From assembly GCA_951406725.2 (NCBI GenBank), contig OX597825.1, forward strand, positions 81,530,001 through 81,594,000: a stretch of DNA of 64,000 nt, read 5' to 3'. Source of the DNA: Octopus vulgaris (Eukaryota). This document shows, one piece after another, positions 40,905 through 57,411 of the stretch. Position numbers and translations under genes: made by a program. Every line of letters begins with the position of its first letter. The stretch's first letter is position 1. The notes below the pieces were generated by a model. The model made no database searches, was not told where the DNA came from, and saw nothing but the letters and a program-made list of their open reading frames with translations.

Positions 40905-41899
40905 TTATTTATGTATGAAGATATGTAAAAATATATATACACAGACACACATATATATACATGCATACATACACACCTGAAACATACCCATACGTGAATG
41001 CATACATATAATTACGTATATATGTACATTAATCCCTAGATATACTTACATGTGCATATACATAGACGTACATTCATATATACACGTGTGTGTGTGGCTC
41101 CATACATAGACACATACATACACACGTACACATGCATGCATATGTACACGTATGTGGCTGTGTATGTCGTTATACATATGCATGTATGTATGTCTATACA
41201 AATGTATGTGCGTATATATATATATGTGTGTGTGTGTGTTTGTTTGTGTGTGTGTGTGTGTGTGTTTGTGTGTGTTTGTGTGTGTGTGTGTGTGTTTGTA
41301 CAAATCCACATATGTATATATTATCTGTAGCAAAATTACGAGCTTCCATTTACAAAACGAGGTTTTGATGCGGACATTTTATGTCACAAATTTTAGGATA
41401 TTTAGCAAATTTAAATAAAAGACAAAAACCCAAAAAGTTTCCTAGTGTTTGAAACAAAATGGTGGCTAGCGTAATAAACATGGCTTCGAAAAGAAGGAAG
41501 GGAAAAGGCAGCGTATGTGTAGCCGTTATTATATATTTATGTATATAAATTCCATGTTCATGTGTTCTGATTGCGTAATTTATGTGAATAAATTATATAT
41601 GAAAACTGTACGGATATTGATATATATAACTTATTGTGTCGCATGTGCTACAGAGAGGAATTATTATAGAGAATAGAAAAAGCGAGTCGTCATCTTAAAT
41701 AGACAAAATATCACCAGAAATGAGTAGAGCGGAATACAGTATTAAAAAAAGGAGAAACATAAGAACGAAACACAAAAAAAAAAGAAACATAAGCAAGCTT
41801 AGATTGTATTTTAAATGCGAAAGGTATTATAGAGTGTGTAAAATAAAGAATAATGACAAAAAAATCATAACAAAAACAATAATAATAAAAATAGTATTA

Positions 41900-43217
<1,318 letters not shown>

Positions 43218-43858
43218 TGCAACATATATCGTTGGGATTATGTAAACACGGTATACATTTAATAAAAAAATATATAAATACAAATATATTTGTATATGTA
43301 AACGTGTAGGAAAATAAGTGAATTTGTGTGTGTATGAGTTAGTGTGATGTATGTGTGTATGAAGAAGTGCGTGCGTTTTCTGTATTTATTTGCATGGGAG
43401 TACATAGATAATATATATATGTGTGTGTGCGTGTGTATGCGTCTATGGAAATGATAATGTACAACGATGGAGCTATACGTCCGCACGTATGTCGGTGTAT
43501 GCGTGGACGCATATATAGGCTTATGGTTATGTGTGTGGCTAGCTAAGTCTTTTTGTGTAGCCATGTTTAATCTTTTGCCTAAGTATATATGTGTATGTGT
43601 GCGTGTGAATGTGTGTGTGTGTGTGTGTATGTGTGTGTGTGTGTGAATATAAAGAGTTAATGTAAGAATTGTTATGTAAGTATTGACATAACAGGCTTCC
43701 GTCTTCTAACCTATCCACGCATCTTTCAGTCCTTCTAACATCTCTCGCTCCTCCCTCTCTCTCCCTCTCTAATTTTCTACTTTCATGTCCCTTTCGTATT
43801 CATGATTTTCTCTTTGTCTTCCTCCATGCTCCACACTCTATTTCTGTAGTTGTATGGG

Positions 43859-43905
<47 letters not shown>

Positions 43906-44315
43906 ATGTATGTATGTATGTATGCATATGTGTGTGTATGTGTCTGTGTGTATGTATATTTATATATATATGTATATAAGTATATATATATATATACATA
44001 CAAATACGATAAGCGTGTGTACATTCGTGTATCTGCAAACACATACTTATTTACATACTTATATGTTCACATACATATTTATATGTTGATATGCTTGTAT
44101 TTATTAATATATGTGTATGTGTGTGTGATTCTGTTTATATATATATATATATATATTCATTAACGTATACATAGATGTACACAAATTCATGTTTACGCGC
44201 CAAATATGTAAATATATATGTATGTTGCTAACCGGAAGCTTAAGTATACGAGCATACAGCCATTATTGTCAACAAACACATGCTTATATGTACGAATATA
44301 TGTATGCATGTATGC

Positions 44316-44353
<38 letters not shown>

Positions 44354-44459
44354 GTGTGAGTGTGTGTGAGTGTATATTATATCTATCTCTCTCTATATAA
44401 ATATATATTAATACCTATATATACATACACCCATACATACATATCTATCTACCTGTCTC

Positions 44460-44495
<36 letters not shown>

Positions 44496-44911
44496 GTCTA
44501 TCTATCCATCCATCCATCCATCCATCCATATATCTATCTCTCTATCTATCTATCTATCTATCTATATATCTATCTATCTATCTATCTACCTATCTACTTA
44601 TCTATATATACACACACACCTATACAGATCTATCTATCTATATATGTATGCGAACACACACACACACACATACATACACACACACATATACACACACATA
44701 CACATACACATATACATACATGCATACATAGATATGTACATTCGTGTGCAGCACCATAACTCTACGTGCATAATAGCGTTATTACTATTAAACGGTAACA
44801 TTAACCTCACAACGCTTTAAAGTTTTATAGATTGTTTTGAAATGTGTGTGGTGAGGATAAAGGCTGCGAAAAGTGATGATATACATGCGAGCACACACAC
44901 ACACACGTATA

Positions 44912-44971
<60 letters not shown>

Positions 44972-44975
44972 GATC

Positions 44976-45031
<56 letters not shown>

Positions 45032-45209
45032 TATAGATAGGTAGGTTTACATATGTATATGTATATTTGTGTGTGTGCGTGTCTGTGTGTTTGTGTGGGT
45101 GCGTGTGTATGTATGTGTGTGTGCGTGTGTGTGTGTTTTGGCACACACTTATATTGACAGTTTTATTTATATGTGAGAGTAAATGCGCCGACAAATAAAG
45201 CTGTATGGA

Positions 45210-45365
45210 TATGATGACGATGATGATGATGATGATGATGATGATGACGATGATGATGATGATGATGATAATAATAATAATAATACCAATAATAATAACA
45301 ATAATAATAATAACAACAATAATAATAACAATAATAATAATAATAATGATAATAATAACAACAAC

Positions 45366-45400
<35 letters not shown>

Positions 45401-45447
45401 TAATAATAATTATAATAATAATAATATTAATAATAATAATAATGATG

Positions 45448-45508
<61 letters not shown>

Positions 45509-45555
45509 TAATAATAATAACAACAATAATAATAACAATAATAATAATAATAATG

Positions 45556-45587
<32 letters not shown>

Positions 45588-45630
45588 CAATAATAATAGT
45601 AATAACAATAATAATAATAATAATAATAGT
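45210..45630. repeat. (GAT)n/(AAT)n/(AAC)n compound microsatellite
   Basis: Direct reading of the sequence. Confidence 0.95.
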
Positions 45631-46249
45631 TTATAACTGTTAAAAATGAAACAATGCGCAGAATACACATAAACTCACATAGAAACATGTAAGATTAAAA
45701 AAAAAAGGAAAAAAAAAAAAGAATCCACATGTGACAGTCTCTTCGATGTAATCCCTTGAAAGGAAAAAAAAAAAGATGGCGATGTACAAACATGGAAATG
45801 GCGGATATTTTCTTATCATAAGAGGAGGCAAGCGTGTAAGAATGGGAGATGCAGTGAGAGGTAGAAATGAGAGAGGGGGAGGAGGAGGAGGGAGACAGGG
45901 GAATGAGGGGGGGAGGTAGAGGGAAGTGACAGCCCATATAGAGAAAGTTTGTTTCTGTTTGATATTAGTAAATTGGTAATATGTTGCGAGCGGTTTTGTT
46001 GTTGCTGGTATTGTTGACGTGTTTTGTTGTTTTTGTTGTTGTTTGCGGCCGTATAATGGTAACGGATTTGGTAACTTCAATAGTATTCCATAAGTACTCA
46101 CGTACATATATATACATATATATTTATATACCTATATTCAAACATGCATAAACACAGACACAGTATATATATATATATATATATATACATACACACATAT
46201 AGAAACGAATATGTATGTTTGAACATATTCTTATGTATTTGTATGTACG

Positions 46250-46285
<36 letters not shown>

Positions 46286-46346
46286 CATATATACATGAAT
46301 ATATATTTTTATGAATATGAATGTATATACGCGAATATGCATATGA

Positions 46347-46411
<65 letters not shown>

Positions 46412-46708
46412 TGTATGTATGTATGTATGTATGCATGTATTATGTAAGTATATATATATAAATATCTGCGTGTAGCTATTATTATTTTTGTTCTTTGCTG
46501 TATTGTTCTCCTCCTGATCCCCCTCCTCCTATTCCTCCTCCTCCTCCTCCCTTCTCCTCACTTTTTTTTCTTTCTTTAAACGCAAAACAAATCCCGCCGT
46601 TAAGTTTTTCTTTTTAAATTCAAAATGATGCACGGGAGACAGAGAGACGATGAGAGCAGAGAGACTGAAGAGGAGAGAGAGAGAGAGTTTAGAGAGAAGT
46701 TCAGAGAG

Positions 46709-46770
46709 TGCCCCAGCATGGCCTCAGCCGGATGGCTGAAACAAGTAAAACAGTAAAAGAGTAAAAGAGA
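46709..46770 (+). mobile_element. SINE family B 3' terminal fragment
   Basis: tgccccagcatggcc..ggctgaaacaagtaaaa..gtaaaagagtaaaagag. Confidence 0.65.
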
Positions 46771-47290
46771 GTATTTTAAACATAGTCTACCACCGTTACG
46801 AAGAACCGTGCCTCAACATATACGGGATTGTCGATCGAACGTAGACATCCGCAATATGGCTGCTCGCTCAAAATGCACGAAATAGCAGCCTCAATTTTCT
46901 TCACATTACATCCTATTAGTTTAAAATATATAACTGAACACTGATACTGGATAAGGTAGTGAATTAGGCAGTGCGGTCATGGATGGCACGCTTTTAGTCA
47001 TTGGTCTATTTGGGGTAAATGAAACGGCAATACCAGCCGTAACATCTGCTGGTTTCTCGAGCCATTAACGGATCCTATATATCGAAGCTCTTAATCCTAG
47101 TAATCCTTACCAAATCTCCCTCAAATCACACTCTCACTATTTCAATCCTTTCCATACTTGTCCACCTAAGACGGCCCATTTTACATATTACAAGTTTTCC
47201 ATCATAAAGGGATCTAAATTAGAACCTTCTTCCATAAAAATTTCATTTGAATTCGTTTCACATCATCATCTTAATAAAGTTATTTGACTG

Positions 47291-47453
47291 TGCAGGAGTG
47301 GCTGTGTGGTAAGTAGCTTGCTAATCAACAACATGGTTTCGGGTTCAGTCCCACTGCGTGGCATCTTGGGCAAGTGTCTTCTGCTATAGCCCCGGGCCGA
47401 CCAATGCCTTGTGAGTGGATTTGGTAGACGGAAACTGAAAGAAGCCTGTCGTA

Positions 47454-47498
<45 letters not shown>

Positions 47499-47738
47499 AT
47501 GATATGTGTGTGTGTGTGTTTGCGTGTCTGTGTTTGTCCCCCTAGCATTGCTTGACAACCGATGCTGGTGTGTTTACGTCTCCGTCACTTAGCGGTTCGG
47601 CAAAAGAGACCGATAGAATAAGCACTGGGCTTACAAAGAATAAGTCCCGGGGTCGATTTGCTCGACTACAGGCGGTGCTCCAGCATGGCCGCAGTAAAAA
47701 TGACTGAAACAAGTAAAAGAGTAAAAGAGTAAAAGAGT
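47291..47738 (+). mobile_element. SINE family B, full length
   Basis: Highly similar to 13178-13575; tail (gtaaaaga)n. Confidence 0.9.
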
Positions 47739-47868
47739 GCACATTATTTTCAAAATCAATTGAAACCAAGGCCTTGTATTCCTAACAGAAATAGGGTAAC
47801 CAAAGGGTTAAAGTGATCCAAATTAAAAACTGACATTAAGATTTCATGTTCCAATCATCAGCTCTACT

Positions 47869-48160
47869 TAGGAGTAGGAGTGGATGTGTGGTAAGTAGCT
47901 TGCTTACCAACCACATGGTTCCCGGTTCAGAGGGACTGGACCCGGAAACATGTGGTTGGTAATTAAACTACTTTATTTCTTTATGGCAAATCTTAATTAA
48001 ATAAAGTAGCTTGCTTACGAACCACATGATTCCGGGTTCAGTTCCACTACGTGGCACCTTGGGCAAGTGTCTTCTACTATAGCTTCGGGCCGACCAAAGC
48101 CTTGTGAGTGGATATGGTAGAAGGAAACTGAAAGAAGCCTGTCGTATATATGTATAAATA

Positions 48161-48234
<74 letters not shown>

Positions 48235-48449
48235 TGTGTGTCTGTGTTTGTCCCCCCAACATCGCTTGACAACCGATGCTGGTGTGTTTACGTCCCCGTA
48301 ACTTAGCGGTTCGGCAAAAAAGACCGATAGAATAGGTACTAGTCTTACAAAGAATAAGTCCTGAGATCGATTTGCTCGACTAAAGGCGGTGCTCCAGAAT
48401 GGCCACAGTCAAATGACTGAAACAAGTAAAAGAGTAAAAGAGTAAATGA
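47869..48449 (+). mobile_element. SINE family B preceded by a head fragment and an inverted head fragment
   Basis: Head 47869-47930 (+), inverted head 47932-47973, then a near-full copy from 48004. Confidence 0.85.
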
Positions 48450-48713
48450 GTGTATCAATAACAAACGCGTTTCAATAAATTTTTCGTTATTTCCTAAATT
48501 TATTTAGACAAATATAAGGTATTTCAGCAGAAATATGGCAACAAAGGGGTTGGGATTAAAGTAACTTTAATTAAAGCCTTACGTCAAAATTTCATGCTGA
48601 GTTCCAGTCATCAGGTGTATTTTAATAAATTTTTTATAAATCAGGTGTATTTTAATAAATTTATTGGAACAAAGGTAGAGTATCTCAACAGAAATATGGT
48701 AACGAAGGGGTGA
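48450..48713. repeat. Degenerate tandem units ending cagaaatatggtaac.aagggttaa-like (possible piggyBac-type MITE ends); another unit ends at 47811
   Basis: The motif occurs at 47788-47811, 48526-48552 and 48688-48713. The GGG-TTAA terminus suggests a TTAA-type element. Confidence 0.4.
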
Positions 48714-49314
48714 AAGAATTTACAGGAGATAAAGTTAACTAATTATACGTTTGCTGTGTATATTTTTGATGTATAAAATACTGCAGAATAAATCTATAGA
48801 TTTAAGCTAGCACTACATAATTAAATTAATGAAAATTCCTTAAATACACCGAATAAACATAAATGATTGAATACCATCTTGCATCAAATGAACTCTATTA
48901 TTTATCTATTTATTTATCCATGGAATCCTATGGATTAAAATTCGTACAAGATGGAAATTGTCCAAATGAAAGCTTAGAGTTCTTGAGAAAACCAATGATA
49001 AAAAGTTTGCATAGGTTCGCCTGTAAAATTCATCAATGTCGTTCTTATCGCTAAAACTAATTCGAACGCGTAAAAATGTGTGAAAAAACTCTCCGTTTGT
49101 CTTAGCATGTATAGACAAAGTAAAGGGGAAATAATCTACTTCTTTTAGCATATAGATTTATAATCTTCTTTTTCAGTGGCTGAAACAACAAAATATTCTC
49201 TAAGTTCCACTGATTTGATTAATTGGAATCGGTGTTCTTCTCGAGCTCCAACTCTGAATATATGCTAACAATATATTGTACAGAATATGGCGAAATTAAA
49301 AGAAACAACAATTT

Positions 49315-49683
49315 TGGAAGCACTCCGTCGGTTACGACGATGAGGGTTCCGGTTGATCCGAATCAACGGAACAACCTGCTCGTGAAATTAACGTGTAAGT
49401 GGCTGAGCACTCCACAGACACGTGTACCCATAACGTAGTTCTCGGGGATATTCAGCGTGACACAGAGAGTGACAAGGCCGGCCCTTTGAAATACAGATAC
49501 AACATAAACAGGAAGTAAGAGTGAGAGAAAGTTGTGGTGAAAGAGTACAGCAGGGATTACCACCATCCCCTGCTGGAGCCTCGTGGAGCTTTAGGTGTTT
49601 TCGCTCAATAAACACTCACAACACCCGGTCTGGGAATCGAAACCACGAGTCCGCTGCCCTAACCACTGGGCCATTGCGCCTCC
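49315..49683 (-). mobile_element. SINE family C (tail variant 2), near full length
   Basis: tRNA-like head with a small deletion, shared body, tail ...atcgtcgtaaccgacggagtgcttcca. Confidence 0.82.
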
Positions 49684-51113
49684 AAAACAACAATAATGGT
49701 TTTTACACAAAATTAATGCAATGTCTAACTAAATTTTGCTACGGGTCGTATGTTCAACATCTCTGAAATACAGCGACTTCATTCATCTGATAATCAACCG
49801 ATTCTACAGCCGGACCACACAACGTGCAGTTCTAATAATAAAAATTTGCTAATAGTTTATAAGATAAAATAATAGTTACTATATTTACAGAATATGTATT
49901 CATGAGAAACACGCAAAACAACGAGAAGGCAAACAATAACGTATTTATTCATTCTTAATACGTTCTGGAAAATTTGAACGGGAATATGTTGATCACTGTT
50001 GTTTTTCATCATCGGAGAACACTGCCTCCCTTTAGACACACAGTTCACTAGTATAAGAGACTTTGAGACACCGCGGTGATTCAAACTCGTCTCCTCAAAT
50101 CTTCCTCACAAGATCGATAAATCTAACAAGAGTACAAGCCCTTATTTAAGAAATCAGTAAATTTCTTGCTGGTGTCTGCCAAGCAAATAACAATTCATGA
50201 GGTGCATGCAAATCAGAGAAGAATCTAAGCAATAACGAATCTATTCATTTATCGCTGTTGCTTTTCGTCATCAGATAACATATTTTCCATTTGGACATAA
50301 CACGGGTATACTGACGAATTGCTTGTTTTTATGAATACACAACTTCCAAGGGAAGATGTTCTCCACTGACGGAAAACAACAGCGATCAGATATTCACGTT
50401 AAAATCTGCCGAAACGTATGAGAATGAATAGATTCTTTATTGTTATAAAATATTGTTTTGTTTTTATTTAACATAAAGGTTGCCTAAGCCTTGTTTGACT
50501 TGGCATAAAGTTCACATAACACCCGTACATTGACTTAACATAAACACCGCTTAACTTCCGTTCTTTGACTTGTTGTAATAAACACGTAACATGGTTGCTT
50601 TAACTGGATGTATAGACCAAAGAATTTCCCGTTCACTGGATATAAAACTCCCATAATTTTAAGGAAGGTGTCACAAACCTTTCAACTCACCTAGAATAGG
50701 TAAAAACCGTTTAAAATAATATTCTATATCTTGCTCAACAGCATTGTCTGGTGCAAACTTTATTACAATTTGGCTGATTCAGCGTGAAAGTGCGTGCGTG
50801 GTCGATGGAATTCTTGAAATAACAAGTAAATCTTTCTCAAATACCGAACAAATTGCTATTGACCAGTGTTCTATCTAAACAAAAAACAGAAACAATGACA
50901 CCAGTAACACAGTAACATATAAACATATGAAGGCACCGCTCTGTTTTCGATTAACCTGCTAGAAAGAGCAGCTACATGTCTGTCAGGTCCTATCTTCTGC
51001 TAAAAATAAAGTACCACTTTAGATTAAATAATCCCGTTTATTAGGTGGCCATATAAAAAAAAAGGTAGGGATGAAAATGGCTGGAAAGCTGCTACATTGC
51101 AATAGATTTACAG

Positions 51114-51153
<40 letters not shown>

Positions 51154-51511
51154 ACTAACACACACATACACACACACACAAACATATACAAAAACACATA
51201 CACTCATGTGCGTGCATGTACATACAAGCACACACACAAATACACGCACATACATTAATATATGTACACCTACACTTTCATATCATATATGGAATCTGTC
51301 CATCTGTGTGTAATAGGTATATATTACACACACACATATATATACACATCTGTCTGTCTGTCTGTCTGTCTATATCTATGTCTGTCTATCTGTCTGTCTG
51401 TCTGTCTATATCTCTGTCTGTCTATTTGTCTGTCTATCTGTCTGTCTGTCTGTCTATGTATATCTGCGTGTGTTGTGCGTATGTGTGCTGAATAAGACAG
51501 ATAGACAGACA

Positions 51512-51550
<39 letters not shown>

Positions 51551-51827
51551 AAGGGACAGAGTAAGAAAAAAACTCTATTGTTATATGTACACGCAGACAC
51601 ACGCACGCACACACATACACACACACATATATATATATAATACGCGCACACATGCATCCAACTACATGCATGTATGTGTGCTTGCATATCTGTGCATGCA
51701 GTGCGCTATGCGTGTTCATATGTATTTATGTATCTTTAATGTATGCTAAGAAAAAGCGAGGTAGGTATATTTACACACACACACATATATATACACATAT
51801 GCACAAATTTACATGCATGTGTGTATG

Positions 51828-51911
<84 letters not shown>

Positions 51912-52893
51912 AATTTACATGCATGTGTGTATGTAAGTATGTATATATATATATGTATAAGTGTGTAAGTGCACAGAGATGAGCACGCGCTAACGTGTGT
52001 ATATATCCATGTGTTTATGTATGTTTAATGATCTTTTGCCCTTTGTTCTCGTATGCTGATGCGCATTTCCATTATATATATATTAGCGCACTCTCCTGTG
52101 TGTATGTGTAAATATATATGGGTATAAGATCTATATGTATGTATATATTGTGTGTAGGTGTGTGTGTGTATGTATTTGTACGCGTCCGTTAATGTTTATA
52201 TATCAATCAGTGACTCTGCCGAGTTCCACCATATTGTTCTAAAGATCATTTTATAATTATGACATGGCTGATGTGTGTACATAAACATGACTTTATGTCT
52301 CTCCACACAGGAGATGCTTACATATTAATGCCTTTGTTTTATCGGAGTGTTTTTGTTTGTTGTTTCTCTCCCGAGAAATCCATTTAGTGTTTATACGATG
52401 CACCACTTAAACATCAGGCGAGAAAGGATCTTAAAACTCTACTGTACTACGTTAAAAATACATTTACATTTTGTTGTGCATGTGGCAGTTCACGTATTAT
52501 CGATGTTTATGGCTTTCCTTTGGTCTATTTACCTACTCATTTTCACCGTTCGTTAATGAGAGTAAAATGGCCGTGGACGCGTCGATTAGGCTGCTGAGAA
52601 AAAACTATCGAAATATGGCTGACTCTACGAAGTCGTTCATAGGAACGAATCTGATACAAGTAGCGATCAAATTTCCCTAAGACCATAGCTTGTATTTTTA
52701 AAAGACTCGGGCATGAGTGGGCGGTTTAAGAAATTCGCTTATCGATCTCTCAAGCAAGCGGTATTCAGTTCAATTTCAGTATACGGCTTAGTCGGTCAGT
52801 GTCTTTTACTAGAACCATGGCCCGATCTCTGCCTTTTGAGCTACACCAGGTCGATGGAAACTGTGCGGAAGCCCATTGAATGAATGCATCTAA

Positions 52894-53295
52894 TGCCTCT
52901 CTACTCTCACTTTCTTTTTCAAGTGATACTTGAAGAAGTTGATGAGACATTGACCAGAGAGGAAAGTGTTTGTCTCCAATCCTTTCAGACGCGTCCACCA
53001 GATACATTCTTTCGCCATAGCCACAAGGATGATGAAAATAGCTCTTTCTTCCCGTTTTAAGGGAGGAGGCGTGACAATATTGACGATAGACTCGGCTGAT
53101 AAACCGACACGTCCCACACGTGACAGCAGTCGTTCGACATAAGCCCACTGGTCGGAAATTGTTGGACACTGCACGAGTGCATGCAGAACGGTTTAGTCGC
53201 TCTGACCGCATCTCGGGCAGGTCGGCCCCGTGTTTCTCGAGCCGTGTCTGTAGAGCTTATCCCGAACGGGTAGCGCTTCTCGGTAGCACTGGTGT
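52894..53295 (-). mobile_element. Second Tx1-like LINE ORF2 fragment
   Basis: Highly similar to 8755-9130. It encodes [12 protein letters not shown]...[17 protein letters not shown]...AKECIWWTR; a GATA array lies adjacent at 53350-53640. Confidence 0.88.
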
Positions 53296-53367
53296 CTTTT
53301 TAATTTCCTCAGTCTGAAGTGTTTCACATCACCACTCCTGTATGTATGTCTAGATAGAGAGATAGAC

Positions 53368-53430
<63 letters not shown>

Positions 53431-53442
53431 CAGACAGAGAGA

Positions 53443-53473
<31 letters not shown>

Positions 53474-53553
53474 CCAGGCAGATAGAGGGATAGATAGGTA
53501 GATAAATAGATAAATAGGTAGATAGAGAGGGGGAGAGATTAGATAGATAGATG

Positions 53554-53632
<79 letters not shown>

Positions 53633-54282
53633 TGTTAGACAGAGAGAGCTGAGAGAGAGTGAGAGAGATACACATAAACATGCATCATATCATCATTGAC
53701 ACAATATTGATAATGTATCGCTCCACCCTGATAATCAATGAGAAATAATTTGATTTCTTACAAAGCTACAAATTGGGGGGAGGGTGTCTTATTGTTGATT
53801 GTTTAGTTTTTATGTGACTTTTATATTGATTTCTTTTTCTTATTATTTATTCAATATTGTATCCCAATTATCTATATAACTAATTTTTCCGACTGCATTT
53901 TAAATTAATACTAATAGATTGGTACTTTGAAAATTATTCTAGTTTTACGAATCAAACACAAATTTATTATGAAAATATTTATTAGAATTTTTACTCATTG
54001 TTTTATGGTTTTTTTTATCCAAATTTTAATTTCATTTATTTCATTTAAATGGCATAATAAAGACTGGAGAAAAATAATCGAATATTTATCTACAAAATGA
54101 ATTTCAATTGCCATTTTGATTTCACTCTTTAAATACAGCAATAAAACTGTGAACACAGATATGTGGATGTGGATGTGTGTATACATATAAATATGTAGGT
54201 GAGTGTGAAATGCGCAAGTACATACATATACATACATATATATATACATACATATATGCTTTCACAAATTTACACTCATGTA

Positions 54283-54326
<44 letters not shown>

Positions 54327-54619
54327 AAAAGTAATGTTTGTCGCCACCTCAGCATGGCTGTTCCGTACAGATTGCAAAAGAGATCGATATAATAAATGCC
54401 ACACTTAAAAGAAGGGCCGTGGTTAATGTCTTCGACTAAAACCCTTCAGAGTAGCGTCTCGGGATGGCCCTTGTCCAATCTCTGAAACACGTAAAGAACT
54501 CAAATAGAGCCCAACTTGTGTAATGTCGTTGTTCTGAACCTCTTAACGAGCGTTTGATAAGCTGAAGCAGGGAAAAGACACAAAGGGGAAAGCCTTCGGT
54601 TGTTTTATTACCATCGGTT

Positions 54620-54940
54620 TTCCCCCAACGACTCAAAAACTGGGATGCGTCCAAATACTTGTACGATCCGGGAGCGCCAGTCCCGACTGTTTGGTCATGT
54701 TTCTCGATTTTCCGAGTGAGATCTTTCTAACAGTGTTCTCTTCATTAAGGACCTGGTTGGGTTGACGGCTCGTGTTGGTGGACCACATGCCAGATGAGAA
54801 GATGGGGATTGACTGAGTCCCTGCTTGATAGGCCGTCCTAAAGGGCCCGGGAATATACCAACAAATGGTGAATGCAACAACGGGATGCAACGGCGCGTAC
54901 CCCTCGCATCTGGTCCCTGCCTTATTCTCTACCGACTCCA
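54620..54940 (-). mobile_element. Possible LINE 5'-UTR-like fragment
   Basis: GC-richer non-simple sequence loosely resembling RTE-type 5' regions; no protein motif. Confidence 0.25.
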
Positions 54941-55873
54941 AATACCACTGGAGTCGATTTATTTTCCTGACTGGTTTATGTATTGAACGGTACTATTTCT
55001 GTTTTCTTATCCGCATCCAAAACAAAACCGATCCATCGGCAATTATTCAATCAACAACACGCTTTAACAATTAGTTCCGAAGCCTATGAGCTGGCCTCTA
55101 CATCAGTTACGAGCAAGTGCGGCCCGCGGGACTTTAGTTTTTTAGTTTTTACCTTGAGGTTTTTAGTCGTACGATTCGCCAAAGAATGAACCATATCTCA
55201 TGCGGCTGGCTTCTCGAAATTGTTGTCCATGCCTACTCTACATGGTTGTTTCATATGCTAGAAACAGCAGTCAAATCTTCTTCAAATCACAGTCTATTGT
55301 CATGAAGAAAAATTAACACATTATGTATGTGATCCTGGGTTCCCAGCAGAAAAGAACGGACAGGAGCAGATATTGTGTTATGTTGGCTACGCGAGACGAA
55401 GAATGGAAATTCTGAGACATTCTGTTGGCCATCAAGAAACATATTCAATATTTTGTTGTTTGGTAGTTTTTCTACGTTAAATATGGCTGCTAGCTAGTAA
55501 TTGTAGAAGTATGGGCGTGAGGAAGGGAGATAATTGCGGATGTGAAGGGGAGAAAAAACGAAGATTGATGTAGGAGAGGAGGGGTTGAGTTTGTAGTAAC
55601 GAGTTTAAAAGATCCCCTAACCTTGGGGGTGACATGCAAACATCGTGTTGAAAATTGTATATAATCAAATTTAAAGTGAATACATATATAAAAAGTAAAA
55701 AAATATATCAATCCCCCTTTTTCAGTATGGGAGTCATATATAGCACCGAATCAGACGATGGTTGATGGGGCATTTAAGAGAGTGGGAGGTAATGAGAGAG
55801 AGAGAGAGAGAAACTGGAAGGCAGGAGACGGAAGGAGAGGATAAAGCGAGAACGTGTGGTGTGTAAGAGGGAG

Positions 55874-55915
<42 letters not shown>

Positions 55916-56267
55916 GAGGGGGAGAAATTCTGAAAGAGTGAGAAATAAGCCTGTAGAAGTGAAGGAAAAAGAGCGAATGAAACAGTGATAAGTGGTGTAA
56001 TTCGTTTATGTATATATGTTGCTCAGTTTATGTTTGTATGGCCGAAGGACATTTTCGAAGCACAATTATGGGTGTCTTTGACTTTATCTGTTTGAGTGTG
56101 TGTGTGTGTGTGAATGGATGCGGTTATATGTCGTGTGTATAGCAGTGTGAGGACGAATGCGTTCATCTGTACGTGAATGGTTGCAGTTATGTATTTATTT
56201 AATTCACTAATATCTATCTATCTATCTTTCTATATATCTATATCTCTCGCTTATATGTATGTACGTA

Positions 56268-56313
<46 letters not shown>

Positions 56314-56889
56314 CATATACATATATATAGAGAGAGAGAGAAAGAGAAAGATATATATATATTGGTATATATCCACATATATAAATACACATATGTGTAT
56401 GTATGCGTGTATGTATGTATGTATGTATGTATGTAAGGTTTAGTCAGAAACGGAAGCACAGAACTCCGCTAATTTATTTTCAGGATGGTTCTCATTCATT
56501 TTAGGGCTCTGTAATCGTGCCCTTTTTTCAAACATCTCCTTGTTTATTTGCTAATACGACATAATTTATGATTTCAGGGAGATTTGCTTAGTATTTCTAG
56601 CAGTTTAGGCGAATAGATAAAGAATTTCTAGCTGATTCGTTCTTTATTTTGTGGATTAACCTAACTGAAGAGAGAAATTGTGACCATTCTTATTAAAAAT
56701 GGTGACCATTCTTATTAAAAGACGGTTTTAGAGCAGCTCCCAATATTTCCCTTACTAAAGAAATCCTTTATTTAAATAGATTTCTCTAGGGTCCCCAGGA
56801 TTTTGAAAGGTCTCGCTACACAACGACCGATTTTAGTAACCAACAGCAATCTCATTCTCTCGTTCTCCTATGTTAATTAAAAGATATAT

Positions 56890-57093
56890 TTTATCTTTTA
56901 TCTTTTGCTTGTTTCCCTCATTAGACTGCGGCCATACTGGGGCACCGCCTTGAAGATCTTTTAGTCCATTGGATCCACCTCAGTACTTTTTTATCTTAAG
57001 CCTTTTACTTAGTCTATCAGTTTCTTCTTGTCGAACGGCTACGTTACGGGGACGTAAATATATCAACACTACTTGTCAAGCGGTGATGGGAGA

Positions 57094-57100
<7 letters not shown>
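56890..57100 (-). mobile_element. SINE family B, diverged 3' half
   Basis: Reverse complement of tttgtctccc...cgcttgacaa...tttacgtccccgtaac...aaggcggtgccccagtatggccgcagtc...gaaacaag. Confidence 0.75.
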
Positions 57101-57170
<70 letters not shown>

Positions 57171-57353
57171 TTGATTAATGAGAGAGGCGGAAAATGCTAG
57201 ACGCGTCGAAACATTTATAGGGATTAATAAAAACTGTCATATCTTCAATCTTCCATCTCATTAACAAGATACACAATCGAACACTGAACGTTAACGTGCG
57301 TTTTCGGTAATCTGCCAGGTATTTATCATACGCTTTATTATCATATATATATA

Positions 57354-57411
<58 letters not shown>

